A stretch of DNA of 64,000 nt from Mobula hypostoma (Eukaryota): contig NC_086097.1 in the NCBI RefSeq assembly GCF_963921235.1, forward strand, positions 200,014,001 through 200,078,000, given 5' to 3'. The notes under the pieces are model-generated. The model was not told where the DNA came from and ran no database searches. It saw only the letters and a program-made list of their open reading frames with translations. Below, one piece after another: positions 49,721 to 62,830 of this stretch; position 1 is the stretch's first letter, and each line of letters begins with the position of its first letter. A program made the translations under genes and the position numbers.

Positions 49721-50571
49721 TGTTGTGTGCAGGAACATGGTTCACTTTAATGATAAAATCACACTGGATATTATTCTTTTTGACTCAAAGTAAAAGGAAT
49801 TTTGTCCAAGCTCAGTCTGGTCATTTAATATTTCACAGAATCTTATCTGGGGCCTCAGTCTGTTGGGATGGTATTACTAATAATAAACAGGAGTTTTATT
49901 ATTTATTGTTGGGATGTTGTCAATTACTGCCTGTCCCCAAACGAGTACGGTTCAACAGAGGAGGCATCACATTACAGGCTTCCTCAATGAATTGCCATGT
50001 TCACCATTTCTGCAGGGATAACAATGGCAAATTAAATAACTAGACATGTCCTTCTGTCTTTATTTTTAAGAAGATGCGTGTCACTCGAGTAACGGTTTCC
50101 ATACGAAATAGGAATACTTACTCTTGAAATATCCAGAATTGTTGTGATGAGCCATTGAGCAATAGGAGGGAAGAGATGGAAGTGAGGGGAAATGGGGATG
50201 TTTGTGGGAATGGGGAGTGTTGTTTGTTCTTTTAATCTACTCATTCTTCACAGTGAGAAGAGAAATGACAGCTTTGACTGCGGAACCAAAGAACACAAAT
50301 CTGAAGAGAAGTGAACTGGGAGTATTTGTTTCGTGTAGATGGTGTGGAGACAATTTCCATACGAATGGTTAAACTGTTGGATAGATGAGAGAAGCTCACT
50401 CAGCCGTAATCCAGGGTGTATTCATTGATTCTTCAGAAACTGTGACATCTACAAGGTGTTAGTACAACTCTTACTGTCTCAATGAAGGGTATCACTGAAA
50501 CTGTTTCCCTCACCCCCCCCCATCAATACCTTCTCAGTATGCAACAGCTGATAGCAGTCTGCAACCTCTGC

Positions 50572-50885
50572 TATACTATTGAATATTGAAAGGCCTAGAT
50601 ACAGTGGACTTGGAGAGGATGCTTGCTATAGTGGGGGAGCCTAGAACCAGGGGGCACAAACTCAGAATACGAGGACGTCCCTTTAGGACAGAGATGAGGA
50701 GGAATTTAAATAGCTGTGGAAGCCAAGTCATTGAGTATACTTAAAGTGGGTATTGATAGGTTCTTTATAAATATAGGCCATCAAAGATTACGGGGGAAAG
50801 GTAGGACAATAAGTTTGAGGGGGATAAAAAAAACAACCGTTTAATGGGCTGAATGGCCTAATTCGGCTCCTATGTTTTATGGTCT
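50572..50885 (+). mobile_element. CR1 3' fragment
   Basis: Similar to the 3' ends above. Confidence 0.75.
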
Positions 50886-51772
50886 ATGCTACAGCAAGAA
50901 TTGACAGTGGCTCTGTGTGTTGGTCATCAAAATCTGAATGCAATGACTGTATCGAGCAGCATCAATTTCAGACCTTTTGGCAAAAACATTTTCTACTCCA
51001 GAAGAAGAACCTCTACCAACAACCATCTACATTAGAAAATTAACTCAAGGTACTTTGTAAAAATCAATCTGTTTAAAACGATAAGGAAGAGTTTAATCAA
51101 GGATGCTTGGGGCAGAAAATAAAATTGTATGGTTTAGGGATGGACTTAAAGATCTGTGCCTAGATGGCAATGGTGGTGTCAGAGTTGAAGACCAATGTGG
51201 AAAGCTGGGCGGATTGGTGCTTAAGGCAATTTTATAGAAGTTGGGATGAGAGAGATCCGTAAAAGCTTTGAACACAAGAATGAAAATCTGAGTAGGAGGT
51301 TTCAAAGCTCAGGACATTCAAAAGTATTGGCACTGTGGCTAAATCAAAATGTACTTAGCAGAGTTTTTGATGATCTAAATTTTATGGGCAGTGGAAGAAG
51401 GTGAGAAAAACTGTAAACTATTCACTTCCAAAGTTGAAGTTTCAGTAAGATGGATCAAAGCATGGTGGAGTGGGCAATGTCAGATTTGTGGGAAGAATTG
51501 TTTTAAGTATGGACAGCATGGTTGCTTAAGAGTTGCTTTAAGTATGGTCTTATGGATAGTGAAGGCAGAGAAATTGTGTAAAAGCATTTGAGTTTTTTTC
51601 TTACACAGTTTAAGTGCAGAGCTATATAAAGTTGATTTAAAATTCTTAGAAAACTTGCTTTGCCCATTTCATTAGTAACTCTAATAAATTCAATCAAAAT
51701 ATCACCATTCTTAGGATTTAGAAGAGAAGGCAGTGGAAAAAGCACATATTTTAATTTTTGAATAAGCCTTAC

Positions 51773-51872
51773 CTTGCAGCCCTGATAACAGTTTTCAGTG
51801 TAGGGATCAATTCTTCCAGGAGAGCAGATTGATAAGCCTTGTCCTCGGGTTCTTGTTCTACTTCAGCAGCAT
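51773..51872 (-). CDS. KCNQ3: KCNQ3 internal coding exon ((D)AAEVEQEPEDKAYQSALLEELIPTLKTVIRAA; start of helix B)
   Basis: Acceptor attttcAG and donor GTAAG; 100 nt = 2+96+2, phase-compatible with both neighbours. IPTLKTVIRA resembles KCNQ3 IPTLKAAIRA. Confidence 0.93.
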
Positions 51873-53119
51873 CTGAAAATCAATGAAAATGGCTCTATTG
51901 TCCTTGAGAGTGCAAGAATTAAACAAAACCTTTCACAGCCAACAAGCCTGATGCTTTCTGTATTTCAGGAGAAAGATGGCCCAGACAAAACATCTGGTAC
52001 CAGGTTCTCTCCATTCATCCTTAATCACTAAGCAAATCACTAATGAGAACATAGAGGCAACAGGGAGAAAAAATTACAATGTCACCCCTTATTAGATTCA
52101 AGATTCAGGATTCAGATTTACTTATCACTTGAACAACAATGAAGTGCATCACTGTGTTAAGATTCAACATGCCCAAAGTTTTGCTGGGGGCATCCTGCCA
52201 GTGGTTCTCCGGCGCCAGTGTAGCATGTCCATAATTAATTATGTAAACAAACAAGAATTCTTAATTAAACAATATATTTGCAATATTACTCAAATATTAC
52301 TGAAATATTAAATACACACAAGTATTTGGAATCTACTGACAATTTGCTGACCCGGTGGTGGTCTATCAGCCCTCCTCCAAGCTAATCTGTAGGTCTGACC
52401 ACAGATGTCTCATGTCATTGTCGCTGGTCCTCAAATGCGGAGCGGAGAATTAGATTCTGGCCTGATCTTTAATTCTCCCACATCCCTATCCCTAAACCGT
52501 AACCTGAATCCTAACTCCTCTCTCTGTCCCCAAAACAGTCCCCATGAACCAAAAACAATTAAAACACATCTAAACGTGAGCCCTGATCTCTGTGGAGACA
52601 GCAGGTTGGCACAATCTTCAAATCCCATCCAATATCCCTCTATACCTTCCCTATTCATATTTTGAAGAGAAGCAGCTGAGGTCACCTCAGTGCCCTGCCA
52701 AACATCAACCTTAAACCAACAATATGGTCAGGATACTAAATTTGCTCACATTTGGAAGGGCATGTTAAAAAACAGTCCCTGTTTTCACATATGCAAATAT
52801 CCATTGGTATTTGACGTTTATTGGTGGATGCAGGGGGCATTTCATGTTAAGATATCATACATATAGCCCAGATGTACAGTGATTTTTTCATCATGATGCT
52901 GAAACTGATACACAGTAAATAATTACAGATTAAATCCTTTATCTGATCCCAAGATACTAAAATTGGTCAAGTTAGGTAGATGAGAATGGTTTCAGGGTCC
53001 CCATTCATAGTGACTCACTTAAAACTCACAGAAGAGACTGGACTTAGACTGACACTCTACTTCATATTGAATGGGATACCCAGTCTGCTTTGGTGAATAC
53101 TAAAGGCTCCTTTATGGAT

Positions 53120-53680
53120 TTGGAAAGAACTACAGAAAGTAATGGATGTAGCCCAGTCAATCACAGGTAAACCCCTCCCCACAACTGAGCATACTTACAA
53201 GGAGCACTGTCGCAGAAAAGCAGTATCCATCATCGAAGTCCCCCAACCATTCAAGTCATGCTCCCCTCTCGTTGCTGTTATCAGGAGGCAGGTGCTGGAA
53301 CCTGAAGTCCCACATCACCAGGCTCAGGAACAGTTATTATCCCTCAACCATTTGGCTCTTGAATCAGAGGGGATAGCTTCACTCACACCAACAATGAACT
53401 TATTCCACAAACTATGGACTCACTTTTAAGGACTCTACAACTTATGTTCTTGATATTTATTGCTCATTTATTTATCATTGTTATTATTTTCTCTTTTGCT
53501 TTATGTATTTGCCCAGTTTGTTGTCTTTTGCACGTTGGTTGTTTGTCCGTCTCTGTCGTATGTGGTTTTCATTGATTCTATTGTGCTTCTTTCTATTTAC
53601 TGTGAATGCCCGCAAGAAAATTAATCTCAGGGTTATATATGGTGACATATATGTATGATAATAAATTAACTGAACTTTGG
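53120..53680 (+). mobile_element. Rex1/Babar-type 3' fragment
   Basis: LQKVMDVAQSITG..LP...HCRRKAVSII resembles 8980-9180; tail 'tgataataaattaactgaactttg'. Confidence 0.75.
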
Positions 53681-53924
53681 AAGGAGAATGGAGTTCTATT
53701 GCAGATCTGGTCAATACACATTCCCTCAACAAACTGACATGTAAACAAACATATAGGTTGAACACCTTATTGTAGGTATATTTATAAAAATAAAAAAATC
53801 ATCATCTCTTTGTCTCTGAAGCCCACTGATAGCATGATGGATAATATAAGCTCAAGTTCTTCTATCCCAACAAAAAAGAATATTTGGGAGTTTCAGGAAA
53901 ATTAACAAAATAGCTTTGTGATAC

Positions 53925-54118
53925 CTTCTGAGCTTTGTCTGAATCCAAAAGCCTTAATACGAACTGCAGCTCGAAGGTCACTGAAACCCATACTTTTTTG
54001 ATCTTTTGAAGGACTATCTTCTCCTCCTTCTGTGTTCAGAGGTGTAAATTGCTTGCTCTTTACAGTGGCTCCTCTAGGGCCGGAAATTCGAACCCGTTCC
54101 AAGAGACTCAGTTTCTGG
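53925..54118 (-). CDS. KCNQ3: KCNQ3 internal coding exon (helix A-B linker; (S)QKLSLLERVRISGPRG...AFGFRQSSE)
   Basis: Acceptor cttttcttacAG at 54120-54119 and donor GTatca at 53924-53923; 194 nt = 1 + 64 codons + 1. Translation resembles recalled human KCNQ3 SQKLGLLDRVRLSNPRG...AYAFWQSSE. Confidence 0.93.
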
Positions 54119-54269
54119 CTGTAAGAAAAGCAATTACAAAGCAAATGTTCTCAAAGCATTTATTTATTATTCAATATCCCCCCAGTGATAACAAATTGGC
54201 ATTTAGTATCACATGCTGTCCAGCAAAAGCCCATGGATTGCAACTGTGGATCAAAGGTAACACTCATAC

Positions 54270-54287
54270 CTCAGAACAGCCGAGTGT
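54270..54287 (-). CDS. KCNQ3: Candidate 18-nt alternative microexon of KCNQ3 (ACACTCGGCTGTTCTGAG)
   Basis: ttttgtttgcccctacAG|18 nt|GTATGAGT; phase 2/2, no stop, ends in AG to give AG|C = Ser with the next exon; 151-nt intron. No transcript evidence. Confidence 0.45.
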
Positions 54288-55019
54288 CTGTAGGGGCAAA
54301 CAAAATCCGGAATGACACTCTGCTGCAGCACTAAGGGAATGGTGCAATTTCAGATGAGCTGCTAAATGAGGCTCTCTGAGATAGATGTCAAATAACCTTG
54401 ACACAATTTTGAATTCTCTCCAGGTTCTCAATTCACATATGCTGCTCATCCAAGGTCTCTGTAAGTCGAGTTATCTTGGCATGACCTCATTTATGTTTGA
54501 AGGGCTCTGCAATAAATCGTTGCCACATCCCTTACATTATTACACTTTACAAGAAACTTTAGAATTGTGCTTCAGATTGTCCTGAGGTCATTGAAAGATG
54601 GTTCTGCTGCCAATGCAAGTCTTTCTTTTTTAAATTAGGGAGTTTTTATTGACAACAATGCTTCAGGCAATGAGTTGGATGAGAAAAAAAGAGGCATGAA
54701 TCACAGCAAAGTCTACACAAATAATGTTAACTGATACAGAGAACCAAGTCAATTTAAGAGTAAGGAAAGGAAGAGTATGGCAATTTTCACAGTAAGTACA
54801 GGGTAATTTCTTCAGAAGAATGCAATTAAGATAATAATATCATAAGAGGATCATTATGTTTTAGTTATGTACATAACATCAATCTCAATCACTTTGAAAA
54901 ATGTGAGATGATAGCTTGATTGACAATCATTCCCACTTCAGCGACTAAATTTTATGAGGATTAAAAACAAAGAAAAAGAGGCTTGAAAACAGTGTGCACT
55001 GCAAAAGATTCAAAGAACG

Positions 55020-55825
55020 GCAGAACGCAGTACAAGCCTTTGGCATCGATGTTGTGTAGATCTTTTAAACTACTCTAAGGTCAATCTAACCCTCCTCTCC
55101 CATATAGCCTTCCATTTTTCTTGCATCATTTGCCTATCTAAGAGTCTCTTAAATGGCCCTGGTGTATCTGTCTCTACCATTACCCCTGGCAATGTGTTCC
55201 AAGCACTTACCATTCTGTGTAAAACACTTACCTCTGACATCCTTTCTTACAATCACCTTAAAATCATTCTCCCATATTATCCATTCCCATCATGGGAAAA
55301 AGTCTCTGGCTATCCACTCTATCTATGCCTTTTATCATCTTGTATACCTCTATCAAGCCACCACTCATCCTGCTTCCCTCCAAAAAGAAAAGCCCTAGCT
55401 CACTCAACCTATCCTCATACAACATGCTCTCCTACCATGCAGCATCCTGGTGAATCTCTTTTACATTCTTTCTAAAGATTCCACACCCTTCTTATAATGA
55501 AGTGACCAGATGAGGACACAATATTCCAAGCATAGTCTAGCAAGGTTTATACAGAGCTGAAAAATTACCTTACAGCTTTGAATTAAATCCCCAACTAATG
55601 AAGGCCAGCATACCATGCACTTTCTTTACCACCCTATCAACGTGGGTGACAACTTTGTGGGACCTATGGATGTGGATCCCCTGATCCCTCTGTTCCTCCA
55701 CACTGCTATGAATCCTGCCATTAACCCTGTATTCTACCTTCAAGTTTGACCTTCTGTATCACTTCACACTTTTCTGGATTAAACTTCGTCTGTCACTTTC
55801 CACCCCAGCTCTACATCCTGTCAAT
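55020..55825 (-). mobile_element. CR1 3' fragment (degenerate)
   Basis: Similar to 32775-33572. Confidence 0.75.
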
Positions 55826-57699
55826 GGAGTACAATCACTCTTCTAGGTCACAGGTGAAGATTGCGACAAATTCACTGAAACCGAGCAGGGCCCCCTTTTT
55901 GCTTGTCTTATCAGATTTAAAATGGACAAGCCTATCCGCAATGAAAGGCAGGACATGATCTGTATCTGCTCTACTGAAGAGGTCAATGAAGAGTTTACTG
56001 ACAGAAAGGAAGAAAATACAGCTCCTAAGAAATTAAAACCTAGCATTGTTAAGATAATTGTTCAAGTTTCTTACATATCCAAGAGCCAAAAAGTATTTGC
56101 ATCAATGTTGATCAATTAAGATAATTACATATTCAAACTAAAAACACAGTAAACATTTCCTTTCGTCTCCTCTCCCAGCCTTGCTGCTTGATGACAAAGA
56201 GGGTCACAGTCAACTTAGTTTTAAAGATTAAAGATTGTGGCAGGCAGGCAGGCTATTACTTGGGAAATTATTGATTGTTGATCAAAATAATAATCTCAAC
56301 CACAGGAAAAATGATTAAATTATTCTTTGGTAAACTAAACAACTGTGATCTTGCTTTTAAGCCCTATGTAATATAGACTAACAAAAAAACTTACATTTCG
56401 AGTGTTAATGAACATTGACATATAAGAATAAATCTGCATTTAAATGGACTAATGAGAAAATTCATTTTCAATGTCTTTAGCCTTGAAATAATAAATGCAT
56501 CAAAAATACATTGGTTCAACATTATAGAATGTTTTAACATGTTGACTTCTACCAAGGCTAATTGATATTGGTACATTGCTGGAAAAAAACATGATTATTA
56601 ACAAATACTTTGGAGATATATCCAAAATGTTCCATGAACCTACAAAGAGAATTGTTATTTGAGGTAATAGGAATGGACCTTATTTAAAGCAGTTGTTTTA
56701 AGTTGGAGTCTTACAGGAGGATGGAAGTTTTAAGTCGAGGGGAGGGAATCTCAAGATGGCTGAAGATTTATTTGTTTACGATGAGCCAACAAGAGGCTGG
56801 GTGAATGAATTCCTTAAGTCTCAAAAACAGATTTTGGAAGTGGGTTGGGAGTAGGTAAGATGAGGGGTAGAGGTGGAAGCAGTGAGGGCACACAAGAACC
56901 AGGTGAGATGTTGTCAGCTAGGAAATACAATAAGAATCAAGAAATTAGATGTATAGTAGATTATTCCTTGACAAACACATAAATTTTATCAGCAGAAGGA
57001 GTTGAGGTAAAGCCAGTAGTGGGAGTCGTCATGTTATATCTGCAAAATATATTTTTTTTGTTCTGAGCATGGTATGGGGAAAGTGGCACCAATAAAGAGC
57101 AATATGTTGCATGCAGCTCTGATGGGAATCATCAAATATTCCCATTCAGGAATTTATAGTTTTTATTGCTATGTATTGCAATGTATTGCTGCCACAAAAC
57201 AACAAATTTCATGACATACGCCGGTGCCGGTGATATTAAACTTGAAAGAAAATCAGTTCACTGTGCTACAGGATATGAAAGATGATGTAGTCTGACTCCT
57301 GGTTTGAATTGTCAATTGAAGTACATGTGGAAGCTGCAGATAGAGGATATCGCCAAGGAACAGCCCCTAGATAAAGAAAAGGAGAGAACTAACAATGAAT
57401 GCATGAAGATCTCTTAATGTGCTTGTGCAGGGTTGGACAACAAGTCTCTGTTGGAGATGATCTGATCATGATTATATATATATACGATAGTTTTGAGAAG
57501 TCATGGGATAGGTTGAAGTGACATTAGAAAGAATTTGTAGTTCAGGACTGGTATCAGGGAAGATTTGGCCTGGATAGCAAAGTGATAGGAGAGAAGCATC
57601 CACACAAATGTCCACAAATATCTTGTAGTTCTTGTTACTGAGGGTGAAATCCAAGGTCTATCAAGGAAGCGAGGCGAACGGGCAAGAGTCTGTGCCAGG

Positions 57700-58135
57700 A
57701 AAAAGGCAAGCCCTAGCAGGCTGGCTCTTCCGTCTATTCTGCTCTCCAATGGACTTTAAATTGGACTACACCCGACTCCAACGAAATACTCAGCGGGAGT
57801 ACAGAAACGGACAGAATCCCAGACATTCAGCTGTTTATTTATGTAACAGCTTTTCCCCCAAGCCATCGGACTACCAACCTACTGCCCTCTGCTGTGCCTA
57901 TTGTCTTCTTTATTATTTATTGTAATACCTGCACTGTTCTGTGTACTCTATGCAGACCTGGGTAGGTCTGTAGACTAGCGTAGTTTTTGTGTTGTTTTAC
58001 GTAGTTCAGCGTAGTTTCTGTATTGTTTCATGTAGCACCATGGTCCTGAAAAATGTTGTCTCATTTTTACTGTGTACTGTACCAGCTGTTATGGTGGAAC
58101 TGACAATAAAAAGTGACTTGACTTGACTTGTTTGA
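57700..58135 (+). mobile_element. Rex1/Babar-type 3' end
   Basis: 'aacagcttttcccccaagccatcgga' followed by a T-rich UTR and 'tgacaataaaaagtgacttgacttgacttg' tail. Confidence 0.65.
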
Positions 58136-59935
58136 CTATGAAAATGAGTGTTAGTGGACAAAGGAGCCCAGGTTTATTTTTGCTCTCCAGGATTATGCTA
58201 AGTTGGTGGGCAGTTTTAAGGTTTAGTAAGCATGGCCCAGCTAAATCAGGTGGTGAATGGCCTAGCCAGCTGTGAAAGTAAATCCCCAGGAGTTATAGAA
58301 AGTGGAGGATTAGATCAGATTTGAGTGATTTCTTCTATTACTTATACACATTTACTACTTGCTGAAATTGAATATTTATAACCAGCAAAAATAATGTTAT
58401 AAAGTTCTAATTATTAGCAGCTGGAATTTTCTAAAACAATTCCAATTCTGTATAACTGTCATTATTATACCAAGTAATACAAGAAATCTCTTTGTAATAA
58501 TATAACCTTTCCACTTTCATCTTCAATGTGCAATTAATATGTTTTCTTGATCTTTTCTTGGTCTTTGAATAACATTAAGATATTTGTTAACAATGAGAGT
58601 ACCACTACTGATTTTAACAATGAGATGGATATTTAAACAAATCTGGTTTGGAGTCGTCAGTCTGTTGGGTGGCAGAAACTAATACTTTATCTCCAGATTG
58701 CTACATTTAGCAATTTCAGAAGAAACTTCAAAGTGTTATGGAAGCAGGTGACTTGATGATATTCTAATAAAGATTAGTACCACCAGTAAACTGAAGAGTT
58801 AATACCCAGTTATGTCAAAGAAATAACGATGCTATGTTTCTTCATGCCACTGAGAAGATATTCAGAGTCTTTGTTAGTCAGCATAACTTGATGCCAGAAG
58901 ATGAGAGGGCAAAAAAAAATGTAACCCTGTATCAAGGGCAAGTCAGTTGATGGCAAGAAAGTGGAAGTTTATCATCTCACAACTGAATTAAATGGCACGG
59001 GGAAAAAAAAGTGAGTTACTAAAGCAAACTCACCCTGTATTTATTAAGAGTAGGTTAGGTGAGTTCTTTGACAGAGTAACGGGCTGATGTTTAATAATGA
59101 TAACGCAGTTCATTTGTCTGTGGACATTTAAAACACTTGAAATAACCCCATGTAATAGATTGGTCACAAAACTTGAACACTTGGTGATAAATGAAGCAGC
59201 GGCTATGTTGATACAAAAACAGTGAAGGGTCAGGAATAGGCATTCTGAGTCAGTAACTGTTATTTTGAGCCCTACCAACTACTTAAGCACCTCCCCAATA
59301 CTTTTTAAAATCTAATCCAATACTTTACTATTTCATCATTTATTCTGATGGTGGAACACTCTTTACTTCAGTCAGTGCATACTTTTTGGATTTGGGGATA
59401 CATGCACTGTTGCCTTCCGGGAGATGTGTTGCAAACACTACTGCTTTTGACAGAGGTTAATGATGTAAACTTGAGTGGATAAAGTATAATTTCAAAAGTT
59501 GGAGATTATATACATTTTGGAAATTGTAGAAATTGGTGAGGAGAATGGTAAAAAACCTCTGGGGGAATAGACAGAACAAAGAATTGGACAGGCACATGGA
59601 AGAGATATGTGAAGTAATTAATTTTCATTAGAAGTATGTATAATTTTAAGAAGTTTTAGGGAAAATGAAAGTTGTGGTATGGATGGATAAATTTAAAATG
59701 TTCCAGGACAAGCTGCATGGCTTTTTAAAACATATAAAAACAATGGAATCAATTTCAAAAATAAGGAGGTTATTCTAAATATGAAAGTAGCAACAAGAGA
59801 ACCAACTGGAATTTTGTAGCCAGTTCTGCATGCTATATTTAAATCTAATCCAATACTGTATTTATACCAGGTATATAAAATGACGAGAGGTGTTGATCAT
59901 GTGGATAGTCAGAGGCTTTTTCCCAGGGCTGAAAT

Positions 59936-61353
59936 AGACAATAGACAATAGGTGCAGGAGTAGGCCATTCGGCCCTTTGAGCCAGCACCGCCTTTCACTG
60001 TGATCATGGCTGATCATCCACAATCAGTATCCAGTTCCTGCCTTATCCCCATATCCCTTGACTCAGCTATCTTTAAGGGCTCTATCTAACCCTTTCTTGA
60101 AAAAATCTAGATAATTGGCCTCCACTGCCTTCTGAGGCAGAGCATTCCATAGATCCACAACCCTCTGTGTGAAAAAGTTTTTCCTCAACCCAGTTCTAAA
60201 TGGTCTACCCCTTATTCTTAAACTGTGGCCTCTGGTTCTGGACTCACCCATCAGCAGGAACAGGCTTCCTGCCTCTAGCATGTCCAATCCCTTAGTAATC
60301 TTATATGTTTCAATCAGATCCCCTCTCATCCTTCTAAATTGCAGCGTATACAAGCCCAGTCGCGCCAATCTTCCAACATATGACATTCCTGCCATCCCTG
60401 GAATTAACCCAGTGAATCTATGCTGCACTCCCTCCATAGCAAGAATGTCCTTCCTCAAATTTGGAGACCAAAACTGCACACAGTACTCCAGGTGGGGTCT
60501 CACCATGGCCCTGTACAACTGCAGAAGGACCTCTTTGCTCCTATACTCAACTCCCCTTGTAATGAAGGCCAACATGCCATTTTTCTTCACTGCCTGCTGT
60601 ACCTGTATGCTTATTTTCAGTGACTGATGAACAAGGACACCCAGATCTCGTTGTACTTCCCCTTTTCCTAACTTGACACCATTCAGATAGTAATCTGCCT
60701 TCCTGTTCTTGCCACCAAAATGGATAACCTCACATTTATCCACATTAAACTGCATCTGCCATGCATCTGCCCATTCACCCAATCTGTCCAAGTCACCCTG
60801 CATTCTCATAACATCCTCCTCACATTTCACACTGTCACCCAAATATGCCATGTGCAAATTTGCTAATGTTACTTTTAATCCCTTCATCTAAATCATTAAT
60901 ATATATTGTAAATAGCTGTGGTCCCAGCACCGAGCCTTGCGGTACCCCACTAGTCACTGCCTGCCATTCTGAAAAGGACGCATTAATCCCTACTCTTTGT
61001 TTCCTGTCTGCCAACCAATTTTCTATCCATGTCAGTACCCTACCCCCAATACCATGTGCTCTAATTTTGCCCCCTAACCTCCTATGTGGGACCTTATCAA
61101 AGGCTTTCTGAAAGTCCAGGTACACCACATCCACTGGCTTTCCCATGTCCATTTTCATAGTTACATCCTCAAAAAATTCCAGAAGATCAGTCAAGCATGA
61201 TTTCCCCTTTGTAAATCCATGTTGACTCTGACCTATCCTGCTCCTGCTATCCAAATATGCCGCTATTTCATCTTTTATAATTGACTCCAGCATCTTCCCC
61301 ACCACTGATGTCAGACTAACTGGTCTATAATTCCCTGTTTTCTCTCTCCCTCT
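59936..61353 (-). mobile_element. CR1 RT/3' fragment inserted antisense into a plus-strand CR1 3' fragment (59865-59935 + 61354-61645)
   Basis: ORFs 60063-60887 and 60835-61365; host rejoins as 'cccagggctgaaat|ggttaacatgagaggg' with AAT duplicated. Confidence 0.88.
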
Positions 61354-61794
61354 AATGGTTAACATGAGAGGGCATAGTTTTAAGGTGCTTGGAAGTAGGT
61401 ACAGAGGAGATGTCAGGGGTAAGTTTTTTTACACAGAGTGGTGAGTGCGTGGAATAGGCTGCCGGTGATGATGGTGGTGGTGGACATGATAGGGTCTTTT
61501 AAGAGACTCCTGGACAGGTACATGAAGCTTAAAAAAAGAGGGCTAGTGGTAATCCTAGGTAATTTCTGAAGTAAGTACATGTGCGGCGCAGCATTGAGGG
61601 CCGAAGGGCCTGTATTGTGCTGTAGGTTTTCTATGTTTTTTCTATATTCAAGAAAAAATCAAGGTATTGTCAACGTAGAGAGAATATAATGTATAAAGTG
61701 GTCAAGAATATCAGGGGAAATTTACAAGAAAGGTACCACAGATAAAAGAATAAAGGAACTGATGTTCTCATAGAACAGAGAAGCTTAAGAGGGA

Positions 61795-62490
61795 ACATAC
61801 ATCAAAGTTGCTGGTGAACGCAGCAGGCCAGGCAGCATCTCTAGGAAGAGGTACAGTCGACGTTTTGGGCCAAGACCCTTGGTCAGGACTAACTGAAGGA
61901 AGAGCTAGTAAGAGATTTGAAAGTGGGAGGGGGAGCGGGAGATCCAAAATGATAGGAGAAGACAGGAGGGGGAGGGATGGAGCCAAGAGCTGGACAGTTG
62001 ATTGCAAAAGGGATATGAGAGGATCATGGGACATGAGGCCCAGGGAGAAGGAAAAGGGGGAGGGGGGAAAACCCAGAGGATGGGCAAGGGGCATAGTGAG
62101 AGGGACAGAGGAAGAAAAAGGAGAGAGAGAGAGAGAAAAAACGTGTGTATATAAATAAGTAACGGATGGGGTATGAGGGGGAGGTGGGGCATTAGCGGAA
62201 GTTTGAGAAGTCCATGTTCATGCCATCAGGTTGGAGGCTACCCAGACGGAATATAAGGGGTTGTTCCTCCAAACTGTGTGTGGCTTCATCTTTACAGTAG
62301 AGGACGCCGTGGATAGATATATCAGAATGGGGCGGACAGAGAGTAGGTGTTCAGCAAAACGATCTCCCAGTCTGTGTCAGGTCTCGCCAATATATAGAAG
62401 GCCACATCGGGAGCACCGAATGCAGTATATCACCCCAGCCGAATCACAGGTGAAGTGTCATCTCACCTGGAAGGACTGTCTGGGGAATTT
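61795..62490 (-). mobile_element. Penelope-like element 3' part
   Basis: GIY-YIG remnant (minus strand VIYCIRCSRCGLLYIGET) and terminal 'gatgctgcctggcctgctgcgttcaccagcaactttgat'. Confidence 0.85.
61855..61890 (-). ncRNA. Decayed minimal type I hammerhead ribozyme in the Penelope terminus
   Basis: Minus strand AGTC-CTGACCA-AGGGTCTTGGCCC-AAAA-CGTC-GACT: stem I AGTC/GACT, stem II GGG/CCC, GUC cleavage triplet; core CUGAnGA and GAAA each carry one substitution. Confidence 0.7.
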
Positions 62491-62529
62491 GTTCGTGGTA
62501 CTCAAGATCATAGAATTTTAAAGGAGTAG

Positions 62530-62830
62530 AACACAGAACGTAGAACAGTTTAGCATAGTATGGGCCTTTTGGTCCATGATGTTGTGCTAACCTATGCAAA
62601 CATTCCAAAATCAAACTAACACTTCTCTCCTACATTGCTTGTAACTCTCAATTTTTCTTACATCAACATGCCTTTTTGAGAGCCTTTTAAATGTTCTTAT
62701 AGTATCAGCCTCTACACCACCCATGGCAGTGCATCCTAGACATCCACCACTCTTTGAAAACCTACCTCTGACATCTCCCCAAAACATTCCTCCACTGACC
62801 TCATAAGGACCTCCTCTGTTATTGGCTATT
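62530..62830 (-). mobile_element. CR1 3' end fragment
   Basis: 'agaacacagaacgtagaacag' reverse tail plus 3' UTR similar to 55020-55250. Confidence 0.65.

Noticed and set aside
28514..50885. Most long intronic CR1s are antisense to KCNQ3
   Set aside because: A well-known intronic orientation bias, a small sample, and several sense copies exist.
8550..60865. Several LINE copies are damaged at the RT FADD motif (8560, 29647, 45008, 60850), hinting at targeted inactivation
   Set aside because: Two of these are the same event, and at least five other copies retain F(A/T)DD; compatible with chance.
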